IMG/VR virus record: IMGVR_UViG_3300009183_000002
Location: 1 to 64,000 of that record
Source: a virus
Reading direction: 5' to 3' (one strand)
DNA length: 64,000 bases
The notes beneath the pieces were generated by a model that worked only from the letters and a program-made list of their open reading frames with translations, ran no database searches and was not told the origin of the DNA. Shown one piece after another: positions 25,810-35,971 of the stretch. Numbering within the stretch: position 1 is the stretch's first letter; every line of letters starts with the position of its first letter. A program made the translations under genes and the position numbers.

Positions 25810-28517
25810 CAGAGTCCTTTAAACATAGAGGTAAATTCACCAAGAATTTTCTGTCCTGTATTGGATTTGTAATCGGTGTCATCATCTTCTTCCTCTTCTA
25901 ATCCTAAGTTAAAAAAGCTTGGGGTTGAAGAAGTAGTGGTTTTAGTTTTTTCACTTGTTGAAACTGGTTCTTCAGCAAACAAATCTTCAACACTTCCAAG
26001 AGAAGCAAATGGATCGCTGGTATCCAAGTTAAACGCGCCAAGTGCTGAACCTTTACCTGCTTTTGTTAATAGTGTTTGCTCGGATCGATCTACATCAGGG
26101 AAGAATTTAGTGTAGAACTCATCTTCTGTTCCTTGATATCCAGCGGATTGAAACACACTGAATAATTGAGTTGTAGCTTTTGATGTTTCATCTTTAAAAT
26201 CTTCTGGCCGCTCAATGTATGTAATACCTAGTTTTTCTTGTGTTGGTCGTTGGCGTTTTTCATTTAGGTATTTAATATTTTCTCGTATTGTCTGTGCAGA
26301 TCCTGTTCGTAGCGTTTCTTTAACATATTCTTTTAGTTCGTCAACAGTGCCTTTAAAGTTATCTATACCATAACGTTTTAACACTTCGTCCCAAGTTGAC
26401 TTGTCATTTGGATCTACACCGCGCAGAACCTCATCAGCAAACTCTTCCGGTGTAATAAATTGACCAAAAACTGATCCTTGTTTTAATGCTTCATCTTTAA
26501 GTGTTGGAAGAATATTGTTAAAGATTTGATCCTTTACTTTACTTGCATTAAGAATGTCATCTGCACCGTCATAACCTTTCCCCTGCCCTTTTACTTGAAA
26601 GTGCATGCGTGCAAATGCTTGCTTATCATTTATGTCGACACCAAATCGATAAGCTTGCTGCGCCCAATACTCATCACCTTTCTTAGCGGCTTCCCAATCA
26701 GACCCAACTGTAGAAGCTTGTTCTACATAATTACTTTCTCGCGCTTTGTCTCCGGTTGGATTAAAATAAAAATCAGAATCAAAGTAACGGTCATTAGTTG
26801 TCTTAAGTTGATCCAAATAAGACTGTGCTCTTAAATTTGCAACTCGACTAGTTGCACTCAACATGTCTTCAGTTTGGAATGGGTTTTTCTCTTCTTGTCG
26901 AATGTCAAGATACTCAACAAACTCATCCATGGATTTTGACTGATTAAATCGTGGGTTTAAATAATCGTCTATAAACTGTTTTGCAAAATCAGCATCAATT
27001 TTAATTTGTTCTTTTGCTTCTCCTGCTGTATATCCAAGTTCCAGATCTTTGTCGTATTTGGTTTTTAACGCATTATCAAACCATTGTTGCCAATTGTATG
27101 TTGTATTATTCCTAACGCCTGTAATATTTTGTAGGCTTTTTTCTAAGGATTCTTCGGCTTTGCCTGCAGATGTCATAGAAAGCAAACCGCCCAGTTCAGT
27201 ATCTCCAAGAATTGAATTGGTTAATGTCTTGTTAACATTCATGATTTCACTGAAGCCACCAAGGCCGCTTAACAAACCCAAAGTTGATTCTTTGGCTTTG
27301 GCTTTTTTCATTTCATTGATAGTGTCTTTAAGAACATTTTGAGTTAATGCGCCAAAACGTTTGGTATCTACCAAAGACTTTTCTCCCACCGCCTGGTTAA
27401 GAACATCTTCTAAATCAGTGACACCATAACCAGCATTGACGTTGTAATTCAAACTGACTTGTTTGTCTTCCGGACGTTCTGACAAACGAAATAAAGCAAC
27501 AAACTCATCTTCTTTTGATGGGTCCAAGAATTTTTGTTTGGCTTGCTTAGACCAATAGGGATCTCCATCTTGAGCTTTTTGAAATTCTGCTGCAATTTCT
27601 GGAATGTTTAACAGACGTTGTGTTTGAGTTTCAGTGTTGATACCAAGTTGTAAATCTCTTACCTTTTGTAACTCTTGATCTGTTGGTTTTGTTTCAATGT
27701 ATTTATTTGTTTGCTCAGTTATCTCGGCAGCATTACCACGTAATTGAGGATTGCCTATGCGTTGTGTTGTGTAATTTTGTAGGTAAAATCCATTCTCTCC
27801 GTATCGTTCAGTTACGTCAATGTCATCATTTGCTTTATACTTTTCCCATTCTTCAGCGGCACCAGGGTTTTGAGTCTTGTAATACTCAGGGTCAAAATCA
27901 CCGTAAAGTGGTTTTGCGCCTAAAGCAGGGTCCCATGTTTGTAGTTTTTCTGTGCGGTAAAAAGTTTTATACTGATCGGTTACATTAGAAATTAACCTAT
28001 CAGCATCTATTTCTGAAATCCCTGCTTCAATTAACGAAGGTTTAAGTTTGGCAATAGCATCACGGTTTGCAACATAGTCCCCACCTCGCGTATTTGTTGC
28101 TGTTGCAACAATAGTATTGTAAGCGTTATTTTTTACTTCATTTTGTTTATTAAGTGTTTCCGCTTCTTTGTTGAGAAGATCATTATATTTCCAATCTCCT
28201 GCACCAGGGATCTTAGCTAATAGATCCGGAGAGGAGCTTGCATCTGCTTGAAAGCCGTCAGCAATTTTAATGTAAGGGCTATCTGGTTTGTTATATAATC
28301 TTCCAACAGCTTTATTTTTATCAAAAAAACCCCATTTACCAGCATCTACTTCTGCTTTTGTTGTGTAACCTTGTAGATGCCTTTCGTAAAACGTTTTACC
28401 AATAGAATCTTTGTATATTGGATATACTGTGTCACCTGTTGGACGAGACTTGTTATTGTTAGTGTCTTCTGGTGTATTGACCCAGGTTTTGTCTACTGCG
28501 TTATAGGTTAATGCCAT
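25809..28517 (-). CDS. large putative internal virion/ejection protein
   Basis: 902-aa ORF in the virion block; FDPEYYK/FDSDFYF repeats. Confidence 0.75.
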   Translation of the reverse strand: MALTYNAVDKTWVNTPEDTNNNKSRPTGDTVYPIYKDSIGKTFYERHLQGYTTKAEVDAGKWGFFDKNKAVGRLYNKPDSPYIKIADGFQADASSSPDLLAKIPGAGDWKYNDLLNKEAETLNKQNEVKNNAYNTIVATATNTRGGDYVANRDAIAKLKPSLIEAGISEIDADRLISNVTDQYKTFYRTEKLQTWDPALGAKPLYGDFDPEYYKTQNPGAAEEWEKYKANDDIDVTERYGENGFYLQNYTTQRIGNPQLRGNAAEITEQTNKYIETKPTDQELQKVRDLQLGINTETQTQRLLNIPEIAAEFQKAQDGDPYWSKQAKQKFLDPSKEDEFVALFRLSERPEDKQVSLNYNVNAGYGVTDLEDVLNQAVGEKSLVDTKRFGALTQNVLKDTINEMKKAKAKESTLGLLSGLGGFSEIMNVNKTLTNSILGDTELGGLLSMTSAGKAEESLEKSLQNITGVRNNTTYNWQQWFDNALKTKYDKDLELGYTAGEAKEQIKIDADFAKQFIDDYLNPRFNQSKSMDEFVEYLDIRQEEKNPFQTEDMLSATSRVANLRAQSYLDQLKTTNDRYFDSDFYFNPTGDKARESNYVEQASTVGSDWEAAKKGDEYWAQQAYRFGVDINDKQAFARMHFQVKGQGKGYDGADDILNASKVKDQIFNNILPTLKDEALKQGSVFGQFITPEEFADEVLRGVDPNDKSTWDEVLKRYGIDNFKGTVDELKEYVKETLRTGSAQTIRENIKYLNEKRQRPTQEKLGITYIERPEDFKDETSKATTQLFSVFQSAGYQGTEDEFYTKFFPDVDRSEQTLLTKAGKGSALGAFNLDTSDPFASLGSVEDLFAEEPVSTSEKTKTTTSSTPSFFNLGLEEEEDDDTDYKSNTGQKILGEFTSMFKGL

Positions 28518-28518
28518 T

Positions 28519-28887
28519 TTAAATTGCCAGTTGTAACGTATCTACCTGATACACAAAGAGGTCTATGGCCTCTTGAGACGTCCAGGTTTTAATTCTATCC
28601 ATCTTAGCCTGATTAAAGAATTCTTGTTTTGTGTACCAAGTTTCCATTGGTTCGCTTGCCTTAGACGTATTGCAACGTCGACATGCAGGCAGTAGGTTGT
28701 TTCGATTACTAGAACCAGATTTAAACCGTGGGATGATGTGGTCTAGGCTTGTCGCCTCGTCTCCACAGTAACCACACTTACAGTCCCAGGAGTCGTAGAT
28801 AGCTTGTCTAAATCGTTTCTTTGCAAGTTTGGGAGTCAGTTCAAGGAGCAATGCGAGTGGTTCGTGTTCGCAGCTGAACATACTCAA
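28519..28887 (-). CDS. HNH endonuclease (McrA-like)
   Basis: CGYCG...SLDHIIPRFKSG...NLLPACRRCNTSK. Confidence 0.85.
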   Translation of the reverse strand: MSMFSCEHEPLALLLELTPKLAKKRFRQAIYDSWDCKCGYCGDEATSLDHIIPRFKSGSSNRNNLLPACRRCNTSKASEPMETWYTKQEFFNQAKMDRIKTWTSQEAIDLFVYQVDTLQLAI

Positions 28888-28965
28888 TTTGCAGTTATCT
28901 TATTTTAATTTGACCTCACACATTTTCAGCTTAAATGTAAAGATAAAAAAACTGTAAACACCCCC

Positions 28966-28993
28966 TTGACAGGGGTCGGCATGCTGATAGGGT
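28966..28993 (+). promoter_or_regulatory. sigma70-like promoter
   Basis: TTGACA-N16-TAGGGT upstream of the HTH gene. Confidence 0.4.
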
Positions 28994-29020
28994 AGATGCG
29001 CACACGATTTTCTTCAAGTC

Positions 29021-29239
29021 ATGACTAAAAACCGCGAGTGGGTGTCCATCCAGCAGGCAGAAACACTGCTTGGAATTGATCGCGCAACTCTCTTCAAGTA
29101 CCGTGATGACGGCACCCTGAAGCTTGGGCCGCACTTTGCTGCCTTCCCTGGCACCTACTCACGGGATAGTTATCGCTGGAACGTAGCTGCCGTACAGAAG
29201 CACTTGCGCAAGCAACAGAAGCTTGCTGCTGCTGTCTGA
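29021..29239 (+). CDS. small HTH (excisionase-like) DNA-binding protein
   Basis: WVSIQQAETLLGIDRATLFKYRDDGTLKLGPHF. Confidence 0.8.
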   Translation: MTKNREWVSIQQAETLLGIDRATLFKYRDDGTLKLGPHFAAFPGTYSRDSYRWNVAAVQKHLRKQQKLAAAV

Positions 29240-29257
29240 GCTACTGCACCACAACTT

Positions 29258-29288
29258 AACGGTCCTGCCTTGTGTAGGGCCGTTTTTT
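29258..29288 (+). terminator. terminator between convergent genes
   Basis: AACGGTCCTGC...GTAGGGCCGTT followed by TTTT. Confidence 0.65.
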
Positions 29289-31071
29289 ATGGCGTGAAAG
29301 CATTGCCATTTTTGTCAAACATTGTAAAGTCTTTCACTTCGATGTATGCTGTCGGGACGTTGAATAACTTTTGAAGGATTGGGGCAAGTGACGGGGATTG
29401 ACAGTTGTAAGGAGGGACATCCATTGTGGATAATGCTCGCCTGGCAATACTAAAGGCGTATGCTTCTTTCTGTTCGCCTTCAGTGCTATCAACTAAGTTT
29501 TGCTCCCACTCAACCATGCTTCCCATCCCTAGGGGAAAATCAGAAGGTTCTGGGGGAAACACACCATCTTTAAACTTAAGAGCATAAATATGTTTGCAGT
29601 AACGCATCTCATCCAACAAAGGAGTCCAGTTGTCAGTAAGAGAAGTGATCTGATCCTGTGTTGAAGAATAATCATTATATGTAGGCATGCCTTCTGCTGT
29701 AGAACCTTGCGAACTAATTGCGTTTTGACTTCGTAAGTACGTTGCACCAAAATCCCTGTATATGCCGGGATTATCCCTGTTTGAATTAACAAGCGTTACG
29801 TTGTTAATGGACGTTGAGATTGGTGGTGTAAAGCCCTGTGGGGCATACACGGTGGTTGTTTTATTAACCCCGTTAGTTGTCATTGCTGCGTTAGATACTA
29901 CCTCAGTTGCTTGAAAGATTTTGGTAACGCCTGGATTAAGTATGGACCCTGTACCAGCGTTGACTAATACTTCATACCTAAAGCTAACTCCTGGATTGAC
30001 TGCAAGCACTTGAAAAACACCATCAGCTATTCCACCGGTAGTACCTTCAACATAGACAAAGCTATTCAATAAGGGCGGAACACTGGTGCTAACCGTGACT
30101 GACGAAGCACTGGCTGTGATCGCATCAAAAAGAATCGGAGTAGAAAGCACTGCCTGTGTAGTTGTTTCAAAACGACCTGGCTTAACCGATGCAATACTGG
30201 TCCGGGGATAAAACTTTTTGGTTCCAGTGGCAGCAGCAACGTCCAACATGAAGCTGTATTCGCGGTGTGTAAAGTCTTGACAAGAGCACGCAAAACGAGC
30301 GCCCGTAATTAAAAACCTACCTACAGTAAAAGGAACCGGCGAAGGTGTAATGTACTCCTTGTCGGGACTAATGTAGATAGAACCTGCTTTTTTAACTGTT
30401 AGTATCCCAGAAAAAGGATCTGTGTTTACCAAGACAGCTTGTACATAGCCGTAGCGTTTCTGAGTGGCTGGGTCAATGGTATTTGCTGTGATGATATCGC
30501 CGTTTTCTACAATGATGCGATCTTCAAGTATCTCACTATCTAACGGCTTCAAGCCTGTGGCTTGCCCTGGTACAGCACTATAAAAAGGAGGAGGTAAGGG
30601 ATTGGCAGCACTCCAATTACCCGCAAGTTTTACGTACCAATTCTGAGAATCAGATGTGATGTATTGAATGGAAAGTGTGTCACTAGATATTGGATCAGTT
30701 AATTTATCAGTTCTTGTAGAGCCTGCATATCTCCATAAGGCCCAGTGCATACCAAGCTCTCGGTTGGTTGTTGGATAACCAACAAATACTCCTGATACAA
30801 CAGGGTTTGGATTTGTTGTTGAACTAGGTGTGCCCTCTGGTACAGGCAGCTGATAACTAAAACGATAAGAATAATCGTTGTCATAGGTACTGGCTGTTGC
30901 CAGTTCATATCCCCTACGCCATCTAGCCCAAGCTGATTCCCTATTGACTGTACTTATAGAACCAGGTACTGAACCTTTGGAGAACTCTGTTGTGATTGGA
31001 GATATGATGTTTGGCTGGAAGTTTTCAACCTTGCCAAACGATCCAAAAGAGTTCCCGCCATTAGGCGACAT
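29287..31071 (-). CDS. putative virion protein with a split SWIM-type Zn motif
   Basis: FACSCQDF ... about 230 aa ... YCKHIYAL. Confidence 0.7.
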   Translation of the reverse strand: MSPNGGNSFGSFGKVENFQPNIISPITTEFSKGSVPGSISTVNRESAWARWRRGYELATASTYDNDYSYRFSYQLPVPEGTPSSTTNPNPVVSGVFVGYPTTNRELGMHWALWRYAGSTRTDKLTDPISSDTLSIQYITSDSQNWYVKLAGNWSAANPLPPPFYSAVPGQATGLKPLDSEILEDRIIVENGDIITANTIDPATQKRYGYVQAVLVNTDPFSGILTVKKAGSIYISPDKEYITPSPVPFTVGRFLITGARFACSCQDFTHREYSFMLDVAAATGTKKFYPRTSIASVKPGRFETTTQAVLSTPILFDAITASASSVTVSTSVPPLLNSFVYVEGTTGGIADGVFQVLAVNPGVSFRYEVLVNAGTGSILNPGVTKIFQATEVVSNAAMTTNGVNKTTTVYAPQGFTPPISTSINNVTLVNSNRDNPGIYRDFGATYLRSQNAISSQGSTAEGMPTYNDYSSTQDQITSLTDNWTPLLDEMRYCKHIYALKFKDGVFPPEPSDFPLGMGSMVEWEQNLVDSTEGEQKEAYAFSIARRALSTMDVPPYNCQSPSLAPILQKLFNVPTAYIEVKDFTMFDKNGNAFTP

Positions 31072-31073
31072 CG

Positions 31074-31859
31074 TTAGAAGAAGCCGCCTTGAGCGATTAC
31101 GTGGGCTCCAGGAATGTATCCAGAAACGTTGGGACCATCAGGAAACACACCAACGTAAATGCGGTCGCCACGCTCCAGGTAGATACCTTTGTTGCGTAGT
31201 GGTGCAGTTGTCCCTAGACCGTTGGTGTTACCCGCGCTAACACTAGGAACAGCAAGCTGAGGCATCACATCAGAGCAATCGACAATTCCGCTGTTGGCAG
31301 GGATTGTTTTAGCAAATAAAACTTTGTAGTCACCAGAGCCAGGGATAGGAACGGTTGTACCACGTGTCTGGTAAAACACAAAGGTTGCGGCAGGTTGATT
31401 CCCATAGGCAATACCTTGGTACAGAAAACCTGTAGCTGTGCCACCTGAGTAATTCAGTGCACTGTTGATGCCGGTAAGAGTGGTAGCACCTGTGTAGGTA
31501 TAGTAACCGTAACCACTGAAGGGAGCCCCGCCACCAGTCAGCGCTCCAGTAGTGGAGATAAGAACAATCTGCCCGCTGACAAGGGAGATTGGGGTACCTG
31601 ACGTTGCGGTACTAACGGTGTAGTCAGGAGCGCGATAAGAATCATTACGCGTAATGGTAATGGAATCAACTACGCCACCACTATTATTGTCTTCACTTAA
31701 CTCCGCGTCCATGTCAACCAGGATCGAAGGAGCTTGGCCGCCTTGTACGAATAACGTATTGGTAGCAGCACTGCCTACAGTCTGTGTAGTAACACGGACT
31801 GAATCAAATAGGGGACGGTCAACCAATAGCGGTTGCTTGTTGGTAGAGGTTGATGACAT
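31074..31859 (-). CDS. putative structural protein
   Basis: MSSTSTNKQPLLVDRP...LERGDRIYVGV...VIAQGGFF; beta-rich. Confidence 0.75.
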   Translation of the reverse strand: MSSTSTNKQPLLVDRPLFDSVRVTTQTVGSAATNTLFVQGGQAPSILVDMDAELSEDNNSGGVVDSITITRNDSYRAPDYTVSTATSGTPISLVSGQIVLISTTGALTGGGAPFSGYGYYTYTGATTLTGINSALNYSGGTATGFLYQGIAYGNQPAATFVFYQTRGTTVPIPGSGDYKVLFAKTIPANSGIVDCSDVMPQLAVPSVSAGNTNGLGTTAPLRNKGIYLERGDRIYVGVFPDGPNVSGYIPGAHVIAQGGFF

Positions 31860-31920
31860 TTACTTCTTCCTGTATTCAGCCTTTTATGCTAGGCTGGTTT
31901 TGTTCACTGAGCCCATTCTA

Positions 31921-32511
31921 ATGGACAACATTTTTACTTGCTCAAAATGCGGCCAGCCATTCTCTAGTGCTTGGCCGTCTTCCGTTCGTCATCGTCTAAG
32001 AAAAAACGGAAAAATCTTCTGTTCTAAAAGCTGTGCAGCAATCACACATGGTGCGTGGCTTGTTACTGATGAGTTTAATTCTGAGTATAGAGCTTGGCAA
32101 GCAATGAAATCTCGTTGTAATTGTAAGGGCAATACTTACTACGAGCGTTATGGTGGCCGTGGAATTACCTACGATCCCAGCTGGGATGATTTTAAAACTT
32201 TTTTAAAAGATATGGGGCCGAAAGAAAATGCAAAATTAGAGCTAGAAAGAATTGATAATGATAAAAACTACTGTAAAGAAAACTGTCGTTGGGCTACACA
32301 TAAAGAACAGACTCGCAACAGAGGAGGAAAACGTGCGACAAGACTTTACACATTTGAAGGAAAAACAATGTGTATTGCCGATTGGGCAAAAGAGATTGGC
32401 ATCAGTCCTCAGTCAATGCAAAAACGTCTAAACAATAACTGGCCTTTGGAAAAAGCTTTTTGTAAAGAACGACGCGATGGCAAAGGAAGTAAACAAGTAA
32501 AACCTAGGTAA
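31921..32511 (+). mobile_element. HNH-type homing endonuclease inserted antisense in the virion block
   Basis: EYRAWQAMKSRC...YGGRGITY...LERIDNDKNYCKENCRWAT; ATG 31921 preferred to the ORF-track start. Confidence 0.82.
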
Positions 32512-32523
32512 AAGTTACGTACT

Positions 32524-32784
32524 TTACCTGCCGAAACCTGACATGGCATCCGTAAATCCTTTGGGCAACTGGATGCCAGCCATCAGTGCTCCTTCAGGAT
32601 TGTTTTGTAATGCAAGGAACTGTTGAAAGTATTCACCCGCATCGCTACCAGGTTTAAACTTAAACCTTTTGTTGCTCATGTAAGTGAGCTTATCCTGGGG
32701 CGATAAATTGCTATCACTAAGACCAGCTGAGTACACCTCCCCAGGTAGGTAAGCGGTGTCTAGATATTCGTTAAATCTAGCCAT
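32524..32784 (-). CDS. hypothetical protein
   Basis: 86-aa ORF in the virion block. Confidence 0.65.
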   Translation of the reverse strand: MARFNEYLDTAYLPGEVYSAGLSDSNLSPQDKLTYMSNKRFKFKPGSDAGEYFQQFLALQNNPEGALMAGIQLPKGFTDAMSGFGR

Positions 32785-32786
32785 AG

Positions 32787-33443
32787 TTAAAAACGCATGG
32801 GGTTAATGATGGACGGAACAAGCGATTTTATTAGTGCACTTTTCATGTCACCCAACAAAGACGAGGCTTGTTGATTGACAGCGTCAAGGCCAGGCTTGGA
32901 GGCCAGGCCAAGTGCTGCACCAAGGACTTCTTCCACGGAACGACGATCAGCTGATACAGGTGGCGGTGCCATAGGACCTGCTGCTTGTCCATCCAAGCCA
33001 AGACTGTTAAGTTGCCCAAGTACGTTGCGTGCTGCCTTAAAACGATTTTCGTCTTTAGGATCACCAGCTCTTTCAAAGTCACGCCTGAATACCAACGCAG
33101 ATTGCTCTGGTGATACCGCACCACGCAATGATTCAAGCGAACTTCTTTCCGGACCTTCTAACTCACTAATTAAAAAGTCTGCTTGCAAAGAGGGATCGCC
33201 TGGATCTTTTTTCCTTTGCTTAGCAAAGTTTACAAGATTAGCTTGCCTCCCACCGGTCCATTGCGCAAAACCATAACCGCCTTTGCCAAGGGGATTACCA
33301 ACTGCACCGCCTTCATTTACACGCGGATTAAAACCAGACTCTTGCGAAAAGTTACCAAGCACACCAGCAATCTGGGAATTGGTTAACTTAAGTCTTTCTT
33401 TTAGTTGCCGCGCAACAAGTGCTGCGTTGGGGTTGATGGTCAT
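32787..33443 (-). CDS. phage tail lysozyme (Phage_lysozyme2-like)
   Basis: IAGVLGNFSQESGFNP...GYGFAQWTGGR...FRRDFERAG. Confidence 0.82.
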   Translation of the reverse strand: MTINPNAALVARQLKERLKLTNSQIAGVLGNFSQESGFNPRVNEGGAVGNPLGKGGYGFAQWTGGRQANLVNFAKQRKKDPGDPSLQADFLISELEGPERSSLESLRGAVSPEQSALVFRRDFERAGDPKDENRFKAARNVLGQLNSLGLDGQAAGPMAPPPVSADRRSVEEVLGAALGLASKPGLDAVNQQASSLLGDMKSALIKSLVPSIINPMRF

Positions 33444-33450
33444 TGGCGCT

Positions 33451-33573
33451 CTATCCTCTTTCTCCTACCCAGTTTGATTCAGCTTTGAGACCAGGGGTAA
33501 AGACTGTTTGGGAAACCAGGAACAGACTTACGGTAGTAGCAAGACGCTTAACAAACTTAGGGCAGAGAATCAT
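33451..33573 (-). CDS. 40-aa signal-peptide-like ORF
   Basis: Own translation MILCPKFVKRLATTVSLFLVSQTVFTPGLKAESNWVGERG*. Confidence 0.5.
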   Translation of the reverse strand: MILCPKFVKRLATTVSLFLVSQTVFTPGLKAESNWVGERG

Positions 33574-33677
33574 CGGTTTAATGCAACAACACTGGTCACC
33601 GTGAATCAAAAAGATTCGTCATCCAGTAGGTGGGCTTACGTGCAGAACACTGCCAAGTGATCTTAGTCTATCAAAGG

Positions 33678-34691
33678 TTACTTGATGCGTTGGTTGTACG
33701 CCTGACGCAGGAGACCTCTCGTCGTTTCATCAATATTTGCAAATTTAGCATTTGCTTTCACTGGGTTTGTCCAGTAGTCCGTGATGTTAGCTGGTAATGT
33801 TTCACTAAATGCACCAGGAGCAACCGCAGACCCTACTGTGGCTGGATTAAAGCCTGTAATAGCAACTTGCGGTGCGCTGGCTCCATAGTTCATCTCAATG
33901 CCTGGCATGGCGCTTGCTGCGGGCATTGCAAAGGAACTGGCGGGCATCTTACCAATGATCCCTGTGATAGGGCTTAGGTTTTGGAATGCTGTGGCTACGT
34001 CAGAATAACCGGTCTGCCCAGGCTTCATCTTGGCTGCCAACTGTGGGTTGGTTTGCGCCCAGATTTGCATTCCAATCTTTTCTCTTTCATCACCCGTAGC
34101 AGCGTTGTACTGCTTGGACAGTTCCGCAACCTGGTACTTTTTGAACAGAGGATCCTGCTCAGTTAGTTGCCGGGCACGTTCTTTTTCTGCTGCGTAGGCA
34201 CGATCAGCAATTCCGCTATTATCTGTATTTGTTTTAGGAAAATATTTACCAACAGCTTGAGCGCTTTGTACTAAATCTGAACCAGTCACAGGTTTGCTTG
34301 GATCAAAGCCAGGGGGGTTATATTGCCCCAACCGTACACCACCCGAAGATGATGACAACGGATTTTGCCCACCCGTAAGACTGTTTACCAAACGTGCGGG
34401 GGCAGAGAGTGCTTCTCTAACACGATCAGTAAATAATTGGCCTTGAGGTGTTTTACGAAAGCCGGTCCAAGCGTTTGCACCAGCATTAAGAAGTGATGCA
34501 TAAACACTTGATTGGCCAAGAGTATTTACGAGACCACCAACTCCTCCAGCACCGCTTCCCGATCCACCAGGGGCTGCTCTTCCTGCAGACACAGAAGAAG
34601 GAGCACCGGCCTGTGTTCTTAACCTATCCATACGAATATCGTATGAACTGGGAGAATTTCGACCAACAGTTACATTAGCCATTACCGCCAA
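33678..34691 (-). CDS. putative internal virion protein (Ala/Gly/Ser-rich)
   Basis: 337-aa ORF. Confidence 0.7.
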   Translation of the reverse strand: MAVMANVTVGRNSPSSYDIRMDRLRTQAGAPSSVSAGRAAPGGSGSGAGGVGGLVNTLGQSSVYASLLNAGANAWTGFRKTPQGQLFTDRVREALSAPARLVNSLTGGQNPLSSSSGGVRLGQYNPPGFDPSKPVTGSDLVQSAQAVGKYFPKTNTDNSGIADRAYAAEKERARQLTEQDPLFKKYQVAELSKQYNAATGDEREKIGMQIWAQTNPQLAAKMKPGQTGYSDVATAFQNLSPITGIIGKMPASSFAMPAASAMPGIEMNYGASAPQVAITGFNPATVGSAVAPGAFSETLPANITDYWTNPVKANAKFANIDETTRGLLRQAYNQRIK

Positions 34692-35143
34692 ACCTCATGA
34701 AGATAGATACGTGAACCCACTGCCGTGTCAGCGGGGCCAGGGAGTGCCTGGATAAATTCAGCGCCAGAGCGCTCATAACGATAACGAGCTTGGTACGGAT
34801 CCTTGTAGTTAGGTACGTAAAGGATACCGGCAAGACGGTTGGTTTCGTAAAGATAAATCTCGTCCCAAACCTTGAGTGCTTCCCTAGCATTACTTGATCG
34901 AATAGTACGATCAACGTCACCAGCAATGTTCTCAATACGAGTAGAAGGCGAAGTCGCTACCTCAGTCTTTTTTTCTGCGGTATCACAGCGTCCGATTTGA
35001 ATAGCAATCTTGTCATAGAAGTATGAATCCGGAATCGTATTCATACCTTCTTCCAGACGGGCGTAGTCGCCCGCTGGAACAGACACAGTGAAGTACCCCA
35101 AATGGTACCTAACTCTGCTCTTGTCGAAATCCGACAGCTGCAC
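34682..35143 (-). CDS. conserved protein, possibly head-tail adaptor
   Basis: LSDFDKSRVRYHLGY...PGPADTAVGSR; AAGGAG SD; position after the head genes. Confidence 0.65.
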   Translation of the reverse strand: MQLSDFDKSRVRYHLGYFTVSVPAGDYARLEEGMNTIPDSYFYDKIAIQIGRCDTAEKKTEVATSPSTRIENIAGDVDRTIRSSNAREALKVWDEIYLYETNRLAGILYVPNYKDPYQARYRYERSGAEFIQALPGPADTAVGSRIYLHEVWR

Positions 35144-35182
35144 TTCTATGTCTCCTTATCTTTCAATTATAAAAGCAAGTAA

Positions 35183-35902
35183 TCAACCAAAGATTCCCTG
35201 AAAGTAATCTCCACTTGCGGCTGAACGACCGCTAAGAAAAGGATCGTTTGTTGCATAAGAAGACAAGAAACTAGACGGATTTAAAGCCTGGGAAATTAAA
35301 CCGCCGACCACCTGCTCTTTTAACTGTTGCTCCAGGGTTTTCTCAGGCTTCTCTTGAGCTTGCCTGCCATATAAGAAAGCTTTTAGAAGGTCTTCGGTAC
35401 GTGTGTCTTGACTACTGGAAGCCGTTTGTGCTGCAACCGGTGAATCTGTGGCACGTGTGGTTGCGGCATCTGGTACTTTGTCGAGATGAAATGTATCTAG
35501 CTGATAAGGACCAGTGCGTAATGAAGAAACGTTACCGGCTGCTCCTGCATTCATGTTGGTTGCAACAGAGCCAGTGCCACGGTAACGTAACTGGGTACCA
35601 GGGGCAAAGGCAATATCCATCCCTTGGTGATCTGTAGATGCACCTGCTTTTGGTGCTTTGCGAGGACCCATCTCGCTTGTGACCGTACCAGCGGGATTCA
35701 ATTTAAAACCTTGCTGCTCCGATCCATACAACGGAGACCAGTTTTTACTCCCAGGGGTTAATACTTCTAGATATTGTCCAACATCTTTGCGTGCAATATC
35801 TAAAGGAATCTGCTTTCCATCTTTTTTCAAACCAAAATGAAAGTGCGGACCGGTAGCTGTACCCGTTGCCCCCTGGGTTCCAAGATTTAAATAACTTGCC
35901 AT
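35183..35902 (-). CDS. M23-family peptidase, circularly permuted
   Basis: GATGTATGPHFHF at the N-terminus precedes HQGMD and FHL. Confidence 0.7.
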   Translation of the reverse strand: MASYLNLGTQGATGTATGPHFHFGLKKDGKQIPLDIARKDVGQYLEVLTPGSKNWSPLYGSEQQGFKLNPAGTVTSEMGPRKAPKAGASTDHQGMDIAFAPGTQLRYRGTGSVATNMNAGAAGNVSSLRTGPYQLDTFHLDKVPDAATTRATDSPVAAQTASSSQDTRTEDLLKAFLYGRQAQEKPEKTLEQQLKEQVVGGLISQALNPSSFLSSYATNDPFLSGRSAASGDYFQGIFG

Positions 35903-35927
35903 TATCGTTTTATTTTCAATTCTAAAA

Positions 35928-35953
35928 TAAAAAACCCCCGGTTTCCCAGGGGC
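35928..35953 (-). terminator. intrinsic terminator of the capsid operon
   Basis: Minus strand GCCCCTGGGAAACCGGGGGTTTTTT. Confidence 0.75.
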
Positions 35954-35971
35954 TGTTGAAGGAGATGAGTG

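Noticed and set aside
31654-31920. N-terminal extension of the HNH ORF in the ORF track
   Set aside because: Antisense to the 31074-31859 gene; ATG 31921 gives a typical endonuclease start.
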